Assembly (NCBI GenBank): GCA_964016885.1 | Contig: OZ024745.1 | Coordinates: forward strand, 87,668,001 to 87,732,000 | Length of the DNA: 64,000 nucleotides | Source: Eledone cirrhosa | Lineage: Eukaryota | Direction of reading: 5' to 3' | Part shown: positions 1 through 15,000 of the stretch, in pieces | How the letters are laid out: each line of letters begins with the position of its first letter | How positions within the stretch are numbered: position 1 is the stretch's first letter | Program-made: the position numbers and the translations under genes | The notes under the pieces: generated by a model | What the model saw: the letters and a program-made list of their open reading frames with translations, nothing else | Told to the model about the DNA's origin: nothing | Databases searched by the model: none

Positions 1-3000
1 ATACGTGTGTGTATTCATATGCATACTAGTATTTCAGTATGCATATGTAGATGTACATTTTTAACTTAATTGTTTAAGCGGCAGTCATACAAAAGTGAGT
101 TACAAACGAAACGAAATTTAATTTCGTTTCGTTATTTGTTTTTATCGTCTCCGCTGAACCGGTGCGTACTCACACTCTATGCAAATTAGTCTGCCCACTA
201 CTAATTTTCATAGAAAAAGCATATAACGATATGTGCTTTTACGATTCTCCAGAAAGGCCGGTAGATAGGTAAATATTGCTGATGAGTTGTAACAACAACG
301 AAACTAGTTCAATATTCCTTGTCTGGCTTTCTGGAGAATAGAGGAAAGGTGTTTCCACGAAAATCAGTATGACTCTAAAAACCGGTTTGTCTGTGTGTTT
401 ACATACAGAATAGCTGGGTTACTCACAGTAAAGTAATCAGTGAAAGACTTGTTACATCTACATATGTATACGTGTGTGTATTCATATGCATACTAGTATT
501 TCAGTATGCATATGTAGATGTACATTTTTAACTTAATTGTTTAAGCGTCAGTCATACAAAAGTGAGTTACAAACGAAACGAAATTTAATTTCGTTTCGTT
601 ATTTGTTTTTATCTATCGTCTCCGCTGAACCGGTGCGTACTCACACTCTATGCAAATTAGTCTGCCCACTACTAATTTTCATAGAAAAAGCATATAACGA
701 TATGTGCTTTTACGATTCTCCAGAAAGGCCGGTAGATAGGTAAATATTGCTGATGAGTTGTAACAACAACGAAACTAGTTCAATATTCCTTGTCTGGCTT
801 TCTGGAGAATAGAGGAAAGGTGTTTCCTCGAAAACCAGTATGACTCTAAAAACCGGTTTGTCTGTGTGTTTACATACAGAATAGCTGGGTTACTCACAGT
901 AAAGTAACCAGTGAAAGACTTGTTACATCTACATATGTATACGTGTGTGTATTCATATGCATACTAGTATTTCAGTATGCATATGAAGATGTACATTTTT
1001 AACTTAATTGTTTAAGCGTCAGTCATACAAAAGTGAGTTACAAACGAAACGAAATTTAATTTCGTTTCGTTATTTGTTTTTATCGTCTCCGCTGAACCGG
1101 TGCGTACTCACACTCTATGCAAATTAGTCTGCAAACTACTAATTTTCATAGAAAAAGCATATAACGATATGTGCTTTTACGATTCTCCAGAAAGGCCTGT
1201 AGATAGGTAAATATTGCTGATGAGTTGTAACAACAACGAAACTAGTTCAATATTCCTTGTCTGGCTTTCTGGAGAATAGAGGAAAGGTGTTTCCTCGAAA
1301 ACCAGTATGACTCTAAAAACCGGTTTCTCTGTGTGTTTACATACAGAATAGCTGGGTTACTCACAGTAAAGTAATCAGTGAAAGACTTGTTACATCTACA
1401 TATGTATACGTGTGTGTATTCATATGCATACTAGTATTTCAGTATGCATATGTAGATGTACATTTTTAACTTAATTGCTTAAGCGTCAGTCATACAAAAG
1501 TGAGTTACAAACGAAACGAAATTTAATTTCGTTTCGTTATTTGTTTTTATCGTCTCCGCTGAACCGGTGCGTACTCACACTCTATGCAAATTAGTCTGCC
1601 CACTACTAATTTTCATAGAAAAAGCATATAACGATATGTGCTTTTACGATTCTAGAGAAAGGCCGGTAGATAGGTAAATATTGCTGATGAGTTGTAACAA
1701 CAACGAAACTAGTTCAATATTCCTTGTCTGGCTTTCTGAAGAATAGAGGAAAGGTGTTTCCTCGAAAACCAGTATGACTCTAAAAACCGGTTTGTCTGTG
1801 TGTTTACATACAGAATAGCTGGGTTACTCACAGTAAAGTAACCAGTGAAAGACTTGTTACATCTACATATGTATACGTGTGTGTATTCATATGCATACTA
1901 GTATTTCAGTATGCATATGTAGATGTACATTTTTAACTTAATTGTTTAAGCGTCAGTCATACAAAAGTGAGTTACAAACAAAACGAAATTTAATTTCGTT
2001 TCGTTATTTGTTTTTATCGTCTCCGCTGAACCGGTGCGTACTCACACTCTATGCAAATTAGTCTGCCCACTACTAATTTTCATAGAAAAAGCATATAACG
2101 ATATGTGCTTTTACGATTCTCCAGAAAGGCCGGTAGATAGGTAAATATTGCTGATGAGTTGTAACAACAACGAAACTAGTTCAATATTCCTTGTCTGGCT
2201 TTCTGGTGAATAGAGGAAAGGTGTTTCCTCGAAAACCAGTATGACTCTAAAAACCGGTTTGTCTGTGTGTTTACATACAGAATAGCTGGGTTACTCACAG
2301 TAAAGTAACCAGTGAAAGACTTGTTACATCTACATATGTATACGTGTGTGTATTCATATGCATACTAGTATTTCAGTATGCATATGTAGATGTACATTTT
2401 TAACTTAATTGTTTAAGCGTCAGTCATACAAAAGTGAGTTACAAACGAAACGAAATTTAATTTCGTTTCGTTATTTGTTTTTATCGTCTCCGCTGAACCG
2501 GTGCGTACTCACACTCTATGCAAATTAGTCTGCCCAATACTAATTTTCATAGAAAAAGCATATAACGATATGTGCTTTTACGATTCTCCAGAAAGGCCGG
2601 TAGATAGGTAAATATTGCTGATGAGTTGTAACAACAACGAAACTAGTTCAATATTCCTTGTCTGGCTTTCTGGAGAATAGAGGAAAGGTGTTTCCTCGAA
2701 AACCAGTATGACTCTAAAAACCGGTGTGTCTGTGTGTTTACATACAGAATAGCTGGGTTACTCACAGTAAAGTAATCAGTGAAAGACTTGTTACATTTAC
2801 ATATGTATACGTGTGTGTATTCATATGCATACTAGTATTTCAGTATGCATATGTAGATGTACATTTTTAACTTAATTGTTTAAGCGTCAGTCATACAAAA
2901 GTGAGTTACAAACGAAACGAAATTTAATTTCGTTTCGTTATTTGTTTTTATCGTCTCCGCTGAACCGGTGCGTACTCACACTCTATGCAAATTAGTCTGC

Positions 3001-6000
3001 CCACTACTAATTTTCATAGAAAAAGCATATAACGATATGTGCTTTTACGATTCTCCAGAAAGGCCGGTAGATAGGTAAATATTGCTGATGAGTTGTAACA
3101 ACAACGAAACTAGTTCAATATTCCTTGTCTGGCTTTCTGGAGAATAGAGGAAAGGTGTTTCCTCGAAAACCAGTATGACTCTAAAAACCGGTTTGTCTGT
3201 GTGTTTACATACACAATAGCTGGGTTACTCACAGTAAAGTAATCAGTGAAAGACTTGTTACATCTACATATGTATACGTGTGTGTATTCATATGCATACT
3301 AGTATTTCAGTATGCATATGTAGATGTACATTTTTAACTTAATTGTTTAAGCGTCAGTCATACAAAAGTGAGTTACAAACGAAACGAAATTTAATTTCGT
3401 TTCGTTATTTGTTTTTATCGTCTCCGCTGAACCGGTGCGTACTCACACTCTATGCAAATTAGTCTGCCCACTACTAATTTTCATAGAAAAAGCATATAAC
3501 GATATGTGCTTTTACGATTCTCCAGAAAGGCCGGTAGATAGGTAAATATTGCTGATGAGTTGTAACAACAACGAAACTAGTTCAATATTCCTTGTCTGGC
3601 TTTCTGGAGAATAGAGGAAAGGTGTTTCCTCGAAAACCAGTATGACTCTAAAAACCGGTTTGTCTGTGTGTTTACATACAGAATAGCTGGGTTACTCACA
3701 GTAAAGTAATCAGTGAAAAACTTGTTACATCTACATATGTATACGTGTGTGTATTCATATGCATACTAGTATTTCAGTATGCATATGTAGATGTACATTT
3801 TTAACTTAATTGTTTAAGCGGCAGTCATACAAAAGTGAGTTACAAACGAAACGAAATTTAATTTCGTTTCGTTATTTGTTTTTATCGTCTCCGCTGAACC
3901 GGTGCGTACTCACACTCTATGCAAATTAGTCTGCCCACTACTAATTTTCATAGAAAAGGCATATAACGATATGTGCTTTTACGATTCTCCAGAAAGGCCG
4001 GTAGATAGGTAAATATTGCTGATGAGTTGTAACAACAACGAAACTAGTTCAATATTCCTTGTCTGGCTTTCTGGAGAATAGAGGAAAGGTGTTTCCTCGA
4101 AAACCAGTATGACTCTAAAAACCGGTTTGTCTGTGTGTTTACATACAGAATAGCTGGGTTACTCACAGTAAAGTAATCAGTGAAAGACTTGTTACATCTA
4201 CATATGTATACGTGTGTGTATTCATATGCATACTAGTATTTCAGTATGCATATGTAGATGTACATTTTTAACTTAATTGTTTAAGCGTCAGTCATACAAA
4301 AGTGAGTTACAAACGAAACGAAATTTAATTTCGTTTCGTTATTTGTTTTTATCGTCTCCGCTGAACCGGTGCGTACTCACACTCTATGCAAATTAGTCTG
4401 CCCACTACTAATTTTCATAGAAAAAGCATATAACGATATGTGCTTTTACGATTCTCCAGAAAGGCCGGTAGATAGGTAAATATTGCTGATGAGTTGTAAC
4501 AACAACGAAACTAGTTCAATATTCCTTTCTGGCTTTCTGGAGAATAGAGGAAAGGAGTTTCCTCGAAAATCAGTATGACTCTAAAAACCGGTTTGTCTGT
4601 GTGTTTACATACAGAATAGCTGGGTTACTCACAGTAAAGTAATCAGTGAAAGACTTGTTACATCTACATATGTATACGTGTGTGTATTCATATGCATACT
4701 AGTATTTCAGTATGCATATGTAGATGTACATTTTTAACTTAATTGTTTAAGCGTCAGTCATACAAAAGTGAGTTACAAACGAAACGAAATTTAATTTCGT
4801 TTCGTTATTTGTTTTTATCTATCGTCTCCGCTGAACCGGTGCGTACTCACACTCTATGCAAATTAGTCTGCCCACTACTAATTTTCATAGAAAAAGCATA
4901 TAACGATATGTGCTTTTACGATTCTCCAGAAAGGCCGGTAGATAGGTAAATATTGCTGATGAGTTGTAACAACAACGAAACTAGTTCAATATTCCTTGTC
5001 TGGCTTTCTGGAGAATAGAGGAAAGGTGTTTCCTCGAAAACCAGTATGACTCTAAAAACCGGTTTGTCTGTGTGTTTACATACAGAATAGCTGGGTTACT
5101 CACAGTAAAGTAACCAGTGAAAGACTTGTTACATCTACATATGTATACGTGTGTGTATTCATATGCATACTAGTATTTCAGTATGCATATGTAGATGTAC
5201 ATTTTTAACTTAATTGTTTAAGCGTCAGTCATACAAAAGTGAGTTACAAACGAAACGAAATTTAATTTCGTTTCGTTATTTGTTTTTATCGTCTCCGCTG
5301 AACCGGTGCGTACTCACACTCTATGCAAATTAGTCTGCCCACTACTAATTTTCATAGAAAAAGCATATAACGATATGTGCTTTTACGATTCTCCAGAAAG
5401 GCCGGTAGATAGGTAAATATTGCTGATGAGTTGTAACAACAACGAAACTAGTTCAATATTCCTTGTCTGGCTTTCTGAAGAATAGAGGAAAGGTGTTTCC
5501 TCGAAAACCAGTATGACTCTAAAAACCGGTTTGTCTGTGTGTTTACATACAGAATAGCTGGGTTACTCACAGTAAAGTAACCAGTGAAAGACTTGTTACA
5601 TCTACATATGTATACGTGTGTGTATTCATATGCATACTAGTATTTCAGTATGCATATGTAGATGTACATTTTTAACTTAATTGTTTAAGCGTCAGTCATA
5701 CAAAAGTGAGTTACAAACGAAACGAAATTTAATTTCGTTTCGTTATTTGTTTTAATCGTCTCCGCTGAACCGGTGCGTACTCACACTCTATGCAAATTAG
5801 TCTGCCCACTACTAATTTTCATAGAAAAAGCATATAACGATATGTGCTTTTACGATTCTCCAGAAAGGCCGGTAGATAGGTAAATATTGCTGATGAGTTG
5901 TAACAACAACGAAACTAGTTCAATATTCCTTGTCTGGCTTTCTGGTGAATAGAGGAAAGGTGTTTCCTCGAAAACCAGTATGACTCTAAAAACCGGTTTG

Positions 6001-9000
6001 TCTGTGTGTTTACATACAGAATAGCTGGGTTACTCACAGTAAAGTAACCAGTGAAAGACTTGTTACATCTACATATGTATACGTGTGTGTATTCATATGC
6101 ATACTAGTATTTCAGTATGCATATGTAGATGTAAATTTTTAACTTAATTGTTTAAGCGTCAGTCATACAAAAGTGAGTTACAAACGAAACGAAATTTAAT
6201 TTCGTTTCGTTATTTGTTTTTATCGTCTCCGCTGAACCGGTGCGTACTCACACTCTATGCAAATTAGTCTGCCCACTACTAATTTTCATAGAAAAAGCAT
6301 ATAACGATATGTGCTTTTACGATTCTCCAGAAAGGCCTGTAGATAGGTAAATATTGCTGATGAGTTGTAACAACAACGAAACTAGTTCAATATTCCTTGT
6401 CTGGCTTTCTGGAGAATAGAGGAAAGGTGTTTCCTCGAAAACCAGTATGACTCTAAAAACCGGTTTCTCTGTGTGTTTACATACAGAATAGCTGGGTTAC
6501 TCACAGTAAAGTAATCAGTGAAAGACTTGTTACATCTACATATGTATACGTGTGTGTATTCATATGCATACTAGTATTTCAGTATGCATATGTAGATGTA
6601 CATTTTTAACTTAATTGCTTAAGCGTCAGTCATACAAAAGTGAGTTACAAACGAAACAAATTTAATTTCGTTTCGTTATTTGTTTTTATCGTCTCCGCTG
6701 AACCGGTGCGTACTCACACTCTATGCAAATTAGTCTGCCCACTACTAATTTTCATAGAAAAAGCATATAACGATATGTGCTTTTACGATTCTCCAGAAAG
6801 GCCGGTAGATAGGTAAATATTGCTGATGAGTTGTAACAACAACGAAACTAGTTCAATATTCCTTGTCTGGCTTTCTGGAGAATAGAGGAAAGGTGTTTCC
6901 TCGAAAACCAGTATGACTCTAAAAACCGGTTTCGCTGTGTGTTTACATACAGAATAGCTGGGTTACTCACAGTAAAGTAATCAGTGAAAGACTTGTTACA
7001 TCTACATATGTATACGTGTGTGTATTCATATGCATACTAGTATTTCAGTATGCATATGTAGATGTACATTTTTAACTTAATTGCTTAAGCGTCAGTCATA
7101 CAAAAGTGAGTTACAAACGAAACGAAATTAATTTCGTTTCGTTATTTGATTTTATCGTCTCCGCTGAACCGGTGCGTACTCACACTCTATGCAAATTAGT
7201 CTGCCCACTACTAATTTTCATAGAAAAAGCATATAACGATATGTGCTTTTACGATTCTCCAGAAAGGCCGGTAGATAGGTAAATATTGCTGATGAGTTGT
7301 AACAACAACGAAACTATTCAATATTCCTTGTCTGGCTTTCTGGAGAATAGAGGAAAGGTGTTTCCTCGAAAACCAGTATGACTCTAAAAACCGGTTTGTC
7401 TGTGTGTTTACATACAGAATAGCTGGGTTACTCACAGTAAAGTAACCAGTGAAAGACTTGTTACATCTACATATGTATACGTGTGTGTATTCATATGCAT
7501 ACTAGTATTTCAGTATGCATATGTAGATGTACATTTTTAACTTAATTGTTTAAGCGTCAGTCATACAAAAGTGAGTTACAAACGAAACGAAATTTAATTT
7601 CGTTTCGTTATTTGTTTTTATCGTCTCGGCTGAACCGCTGCGTACTCACACTCTATGCAAATTAGTCTGCCCACTACTAATTTTCATAGAAAAAGCATAT
7701 AACGATATGTGCTTTTACGATTCTCCAGAAAGGCCGGTAGATAGGTAAATATTGCTGATGAGTTGTAACAACAACGAAACTAGTTCAATATTCCTTGTCT
7801 GGCTTTCTGGAGAATAGAGGAAAGGTGTTTCCTCGAAAACCAGTATGACTCTAAAAACCGGTTTGTCTGTGTGTTTACATACAGAATAGCTGGGTTACTC
7901 ACAGTAAAGTAATCAGTGAAAGACTTGTTACATCTACATATGTATACGTGTGTGTATTCATATGCATACTAGTATTTCAGTATGCATATGTAGATGTACA
8001 TTTTTAACTTAATTGTTTAAGCGTCAGTCATACAAAAGTGAGTTACAAACGAAACGAAATTTAATTTCGTTTCGTTATTTGTTTTTATCGTCTCCGCTGA
8101 ACCGGTGCGTACTCACACTCTATGCAAATTAGTCTGCCCACTACTAATTTTCATAGAAAAAGCATATAACGATATGTGCTTTTATGATTCTCCAGAAAGG
8201 CCGGTAGATAGGTAAATATTGCTGATGAGTTGTAACAACAACGAAACTAGTTCAATATTCCTTGTCTGGCTTTCTGGAGAATAGAGGAAAGGTGTTTCCT
8301 CGAAAACCAGTATGACTCTAAAAACCGGTTTGTCTGTGTGTTTACATACAGAATAGCTGGGTTACTCACAGTAAAGTAATCAGTGAAAGACTTGTTACAT
8401 CTACATATGTATACGTGTGTGTATTCATATGCATACTAGTATTTCAGTATGCATATGTAGATGTACATTTTTAACTTAATTGTTTAAGCGTCAGTCATAC
8501 AAAAGTGAGTTACAAACGAAACGAAATTTAATTTCGTTTCGTTATTTGGTTTTATCTATCGTCTCCGCTGAACCGGTGCGTACTCACACTCTATGCAAAT
8601 TAGTGTGCCCACTACTAATTTTCATAGAAAAAGCATATAACGATATGTGCTTTTACGATTCTCCAGAAAGGCCGGTAGATAGGTAAATATTGCTGATGAG
8701 TTGTAACAACAACGAAACTAGTTCAATATTCCTTGTCTGGCTTTCTGGAGAATAGAGGAAAGGTGTTTCCTCGAAAACCAGTATGACTCTAAAAACCGGT
8801 TTGTCTGTGTGTTTACATACAGAATAGCTGGGTTACTCACAGTAAAGTAATCAGTGAAAGACTTGTTACATTTACATATGTATACGTGTGTGTATTCATA
8901 TGCATACTAGTATTTCAGTATGCATATGTAGATGTACATTTTTAACTTAATTGTTTAAGCGTCAGTCATACAAAAGTGAGTTACAAACGAAACGAAATTT

Positions 9001-12000
9001 AATTTCGTTTCGTTATTTGTTTTTATCGTCTCCGCTGAACCGGTGCGTACTCACACTCTATGCAAATTAGTCTGCCCACTACTAATTTTCATAGAAAAAG
9101 CATATAACGATATGTGCTTTTACGATTCTCCAGAAAGGCCGGTAGATAGGTTAATATTGCTGATGAGTTGTAACAACAACGAAACTAGTTCAATATTCCT
9201 TGTCTGGCTTTCTGGAGAATAGAGGAAAGGTGTTTCCTCGAAAACCAGTATGACTCTAAAAACCGGTTTCGCTGTGTGTTTACATACAGAATAGCTGGGT
9301 TACTCACAGTAAAGTAATCAGTGAAAGACTTGTTACATCTACATATGTATACGTGTGTGTATTCATATGCATACTAGTATTTCAGTATGCATATGTAGAT
9401 GTACATTTTTAACTTAATTGCTTAAGCGTCAGTCATACAAAAGTGAGTTACAAACGAAACGAAATTAATTTCGTTTCGTTATTTGTTTTTATCGTCTCCG
9501 CTGAACCGCTGCGTACTCACACTCTATGCAAATTAGTCTGCCCACTACTAATTTTCATAGAAAAAGCATATAACGATATGTGCTTTTACGATTCTCCAGA
9601 AAGGCCGGTAGATAGGTAAATATTGCTGATGAGTTGTAACAACAACGAAACTAGTTCAATATTCCTTGTCTGGCTTTCTGGAGAATAGAGGAAAGGTGTT
9701 TCCTCGAAAACCAGTATGACTCTAAAAACCGGTTTGTCTGTGTGTTTACATACAGAATAGCTGGGTTACTCACAGTAAAGTAATCAGTGAAAGACTTGTT
9801 ACATCTACATATGTATACGTGTGTGTATTCATATGCATACTAGTATTTCAGTATGCATATGTAGATGTACATTTTTAACTTAATTGTTTAAGCGTCAGTC
9901 ATACAAAAGTGAGTTACAAACGAAACGAAATTTAATTTCGTTTCGTTATTTGTTTTTATCGTCTCCGCTGAACCGGTGCGTACTCACACTCTATGCAAAT
10001 TAGTGTGCCCACTACTAATTTTCATAGAAAAAGCATATAACGATATGTGCTTTTACGATTCTCCAGAAAGGCCGGTAGATAGGTAAATATTGCTGATGAG
10101 TTGTAACAACAACGAAACTAGTTCAATATTCCTTGTCTGGCTTTCTGGAGAATAGAGGAAAGGTGTTTCCTCGAAAACCAGTATGACTCTAAAAACCGGT
10201 TTGTCTGTGTGTTTACATACAGAATAGCTAGGTTACTCACAGTAAAGTAATCAGTGAAAGACTTGTTACATTTACATATGTATACGTGTGTGTATTCATA
10301 TGCATACTAGTATTTCAGTATGCATATGTAGATGTACATTTTTAACTTAATTGTTTAAGCGTCAGTCATACAAAAGTGAGTTACAAACGAAACGAAATTT
10401 AATTTCGTTTCGTTATTTGTTTTTATCGTCTCCGCTGAACCGGTGCGTACTCACACTCTATGCAAATTAGTCTGCCCACTACTAATTTTCATAGAAAAAG
10501 CATATAACGATATGTGCTTTTACGATTCTCCAGAAAGGCCGGTAGATAGGTAAATATTGCTGATGAGTTGTAACAACAACGAAACTAGTTCAATATTCCT
10601 TGTCTGGCTTTCTGGAGAATAGAGGAAAGGTGTTTCCTCGAAAACCAGTATGACTCTAAAAACCGGTTTGTCTGTGTGTTTACATACAGAATAGCTGGGT
10701 TACTCACAGTAAAGTAATCAGTGAAAGACTTGTTACATCTACATATGTATACGTGTGTGTATTCATATGCATACTAGTATTTCAGTATGCATATGTAGAT
10801 GTACATTTTTAACTTAATTGTTTAAGCGTCAGTCATACAAAAGTGAGTTACAAACGAAACGAAATTTAATTTCGTTTCGTTATTTGTTTTTATCGTCTCG
10901 GCTGAACCGCTGCGTACTCACACTCTATGCAAATTAGTCTGCCCACTACTAATTTTCATAGAAAAAGCATATAACGATATGTGCTTTTACGATTCTCCAG
11001 AAAGGCCGGTAGATAGGTAAATATTGCTGATGAGTTGTAACAACAACGAAACTAGTTCAATATTCCTTGTCTGGCTTTCTGGAGAATAGAGGAAAGGTGT
11101 TTCCTCGAAAACCAGTATGACTCTAAAAACCGGTTTGTCTGTGTGTTTACATACAGAATAGCTGGGTTACTCACAGTAAAGTAATCAGTGAAAGACTTGT
11201 TACATCTACATATGTATACGTGTGTGTATTCATATGCATACTAGTATTTCAGTATGCATATGTAGATGTACATTTTTAACTTAATTGTTTAAGCGTCAGT
11301 CATACAAATGTGAGTTACAAACGAAACGAAATTTAATTTCGTTTCGTTATTTGTTTTTATCGTCTCCGCTGAACCGGTGCGTACTCACACTCTATGCAAA
11401 TTAGTCTGCCCACTACTAATTTTCATAGAAAAAGCATATAACGATATGTGCTTTTATGATTCTCCAGAAAGGCCGGTAGATAGGTAAATATTGCTGATGA
11501 GTTGTAACAACAACGAAACTAGTTCAATATTCCTTGTCTGGCTTTCTGGAGAATAGAGGAAAGGTGTTTCCTCGAAAACCAGTATGACTCTAAAAACCGG
11601 TTTGTCTGTGTGTTTACATACAGAATAGCTGGGTTACTCACAGTAAAGTAATCAGTGAAAGACTTGTTACATCTACATATGTATACGTGTGTGTATTCAT
11701 ATGCATACTAGTATTTCAGTATGCATATGTAGATGTACATTTTTAACTTAATTGTTTAAGCGTCAGTCATACAAAAGTGAGTTACAAACGAAACGAAATT
11801 TAATTTCGTTTCGTTATTTGTTTTTATCTATCGTCTCCGCTGAACCGGTGCGTACTCACACTCTATGCAAATTAGTGTGCCCACTACTAATTTTCATAGA
11901 AAAAGCATATAACGATATGTGCTTTTACGATTCTCCAGAAAGGCCGGTAGATAGGTAAATATTGCTGATGAGTTGTAACAACAACGAAACTAGTTCAATA

Positions 12001-15000
12001 TTCCTTGTCTGGCTTTCTTGAGAATAGAGGAAAGGTGTTTCCTCGAAAACCAGTATGACTCTAAAAACCGGTTTGTCTGTGTGTTTACATACAGAATAGC
12101 TGGGTTACTCACAGTAAAGTAATCAGTGAAAGACTTGTTACATTTACATATGTATACGTGTGTGTATTCATATGCATACTAGTATTTCAGTATGCATATG
12201 TAGATGTACATTTTTAACTTAATTGTTTAAGCGTCAGTCATACAAAAGTGAGTTACAAACGAAACGAAATTTAATTTCGTTTCGTTATTTGTTTTTATCG
12301 TCTCCGCTGAACCGGTGCGTACTCACACTCTATGCAAATTAGTCTGCCCACTACTAATTTTCATAGAAAAAGCATATAACGATATGTGCTTTTACGATTC
12401 TCCAGAAAGGCCGGTAGATAGGTAAATATTGCTGATGAGTTGTAACAACAACGAAACTAGTTCAATATTCCTTGTCTGGCTTTCTGGTGAATAGAGGAAA
12501 GGTGTTTCCTCGAAAACCAGTATGACTCTAAAAACCGGTTTGTCTGTGTGTTTACATACAGAATAGCTGGGTTACTCACAGTAAAGTAACCAGTGAAAGA
12601 CTTGTTACATCTACATATGTATACGTGTGTGTATTCATATGCATACTAGTATTTCAGTATGCATATGTAGATGTACATTTTTAACTTAATTGTTTAAGCG
12701 TCAGTCATACAAAAGTGAGTTACAAACGAAACGAAATTTAATTTCGTTTCGTTATTTGTTTTTATCGTCTCCGCTGAACCGGTGCGTACTCACACTCTAT
12801 GCAAATTAGTCTGCCCACTACTAATTTTCATAGAAAAAGCATATAACGATATGTGCTTTTACGATTCTCCAGAAAGGCCTGTAGATAGGTAAATATTGCT
12901 GATGAGTTGTAACAACAACGAAACTAGTTCAATATTCCTTGTCTGGCTTTCTGGAGAATAGAGGAAAGGTGTTTCCTCGAAAACCAGTATGACTCTAAAA
13001 ACCGGTTTCTCTGTGTGTTTACATACAGAATAGCTGGGTTACTCACAGTAAAGTAATCAGTGAAAGACTTGTTACATCTACATATGTATACGTGTGTGTA
13101 TTCATATGCATACTAGTATTTCAGTATGCATATGTAGATGTACATTTTTAACTTAATTGTTTAAGCGTCAGTCATACAAAAGTGAGTTACAAACGAAACG
13201 AAATTTAATTTCGTTTCGTTATTTGTTTTTATCGTCTCCGCTGAACCGGTGCGTACTCACACTCTATGCAAATTAGTCTGCCCACTACTAATTTTCATAG
13301 AAAAAGCATATAACGATATGTGCTTTTACGATTCTCCAGAAAGGCCGGTAGATAGGTAAATATTGCTGATGAGTTGTAACAACAACGAAACTAGTTCAAT
13401 ATTCCTTGTCTGGCTTTCTGGAGAATAGAGGAAAGGTGTTTCCTCGAAAACCAGTATGACTCTAAAAACCGGTTTGTCTGTGTGTTTACATACAGAATAG
13501 CTGGGTTACTCACAGTAAGTAATCAGTGAAAGACTTGTTACATCTACATATGTATACGTGTGTGTATTCATATGCATACTAGTATTTCAGTATGCATATG
13601 TAGATGTACATTTTTAACTTAATTGTTTAAGCGTCAGTCATACAAAAGTGAGTTACAAACGAAACGAAATTTAATTTCGTTTCGTTATTTGTTTTTATCG
13701 TCTCCGCTGAACCGGTGCGTACTCACACTCTATGCAAATTAGTCTGCCCACTACTAATTTTCATAGAAAAAGCATATAACGATATGTGCTTTTATGATTC
13801 TCCAGAAAGGCCGGTAGATAGGTAAATATTGCTGATGAGTTGTAACAACAACGAAACTAGTTCAATATTCCTTGTCTGGCTTTCTGGAGAATAGAGGAAA
13901 GGTGTTTCCTCGAAAACCAGTATGACTCTAAAAACCGGTTTGTCTGTGTGTTTACATACAGAATAGCTGGGTTACTCACAGTAAAGTAATCAGTGAAAAA
14001 CTTGTTACATCTACATATGTATACGTGTGTGTATTCATATGCATACTAGTATTTCAGTATGCATATGTAGATGTACATTTTTAACTTAATTGTTTAAGCG
14101 TCAGTCATACAAAAGTGAGTTACAAACGAAACGAAATTTAATTTCGTTTCGTTATTTGTTTTTATCGTCTCGGCTGAACCGCTGCGTACTCACACTCTAT
14201 GCAAATTAGTCTGCCCACTACTAATTTTCATAGAAAAAGCATATAACGATATGTGCTTTTACGATTCTCCAGAAAGGCCGGTAGATAGGTAAATATTGCT
14301 GATGAGTTGTAACAACAACGAAACTAGTTCAATATTCCTTGTCTGGCTTTCTGGAGAATAGAGGAAAGGTGTTTCCTCGAAAACCAGTATGACTCTAAAA
14401 ACCGGTTTGTCTGTGTGTTTACATACAGAATAGCTGGGTTACTCACAGTAAAGTAATCAGTGAAAGACTTGTTACATCTACATATGTATACGTGTGTGTA
14501 TTCATATGCATACTAGTATTTCAGTATGCATATGTAGATGTACATTTTTAACTTAATTGTTTAAGCGTCAGTCATACAAATGTGAGTTACAAACGAAACG
14601 AAATTTAATTTCGTTTCGTTATTTGTTTTTATCGTCTCCGCTGAACCGGTGCGTACTCACACTCTATGCAAATTAGTCTGCCCACTACTAATTTTCATAG
14701 AAAAAGCATATAACGATATGTGCTTTTATGATTCTCCAGAAAGGCCGGTAGATAGGTAAATATTGCTGATGAGTTGTAACAACAACGAAACTAGTTCAAT
14801 ATTCCTTGTCTGGCTTTCTGGAGAATAGAGGAAAGGTGTTTCCTCGAAAACCAGTATGACTCTAAAAACCGGTTTGTCTGTGTGTTTACATACAGAATAG
14901 CTGGGTTACTCACAGTAAAGTAATCAGTGAAAGACTTGTTACATCTACATATGTATACGTGTGTGTATTCATATGCATACTAGTATTTCAGTATGCATAT

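Noticed and set aside
537-743. Repeated 68-aa ORF (six copies) in the satellite
   Set aside because: TTG start, open only in monomers with the 4-bp TATC duplication, and no recognisable motif; a by-product of the repeat.
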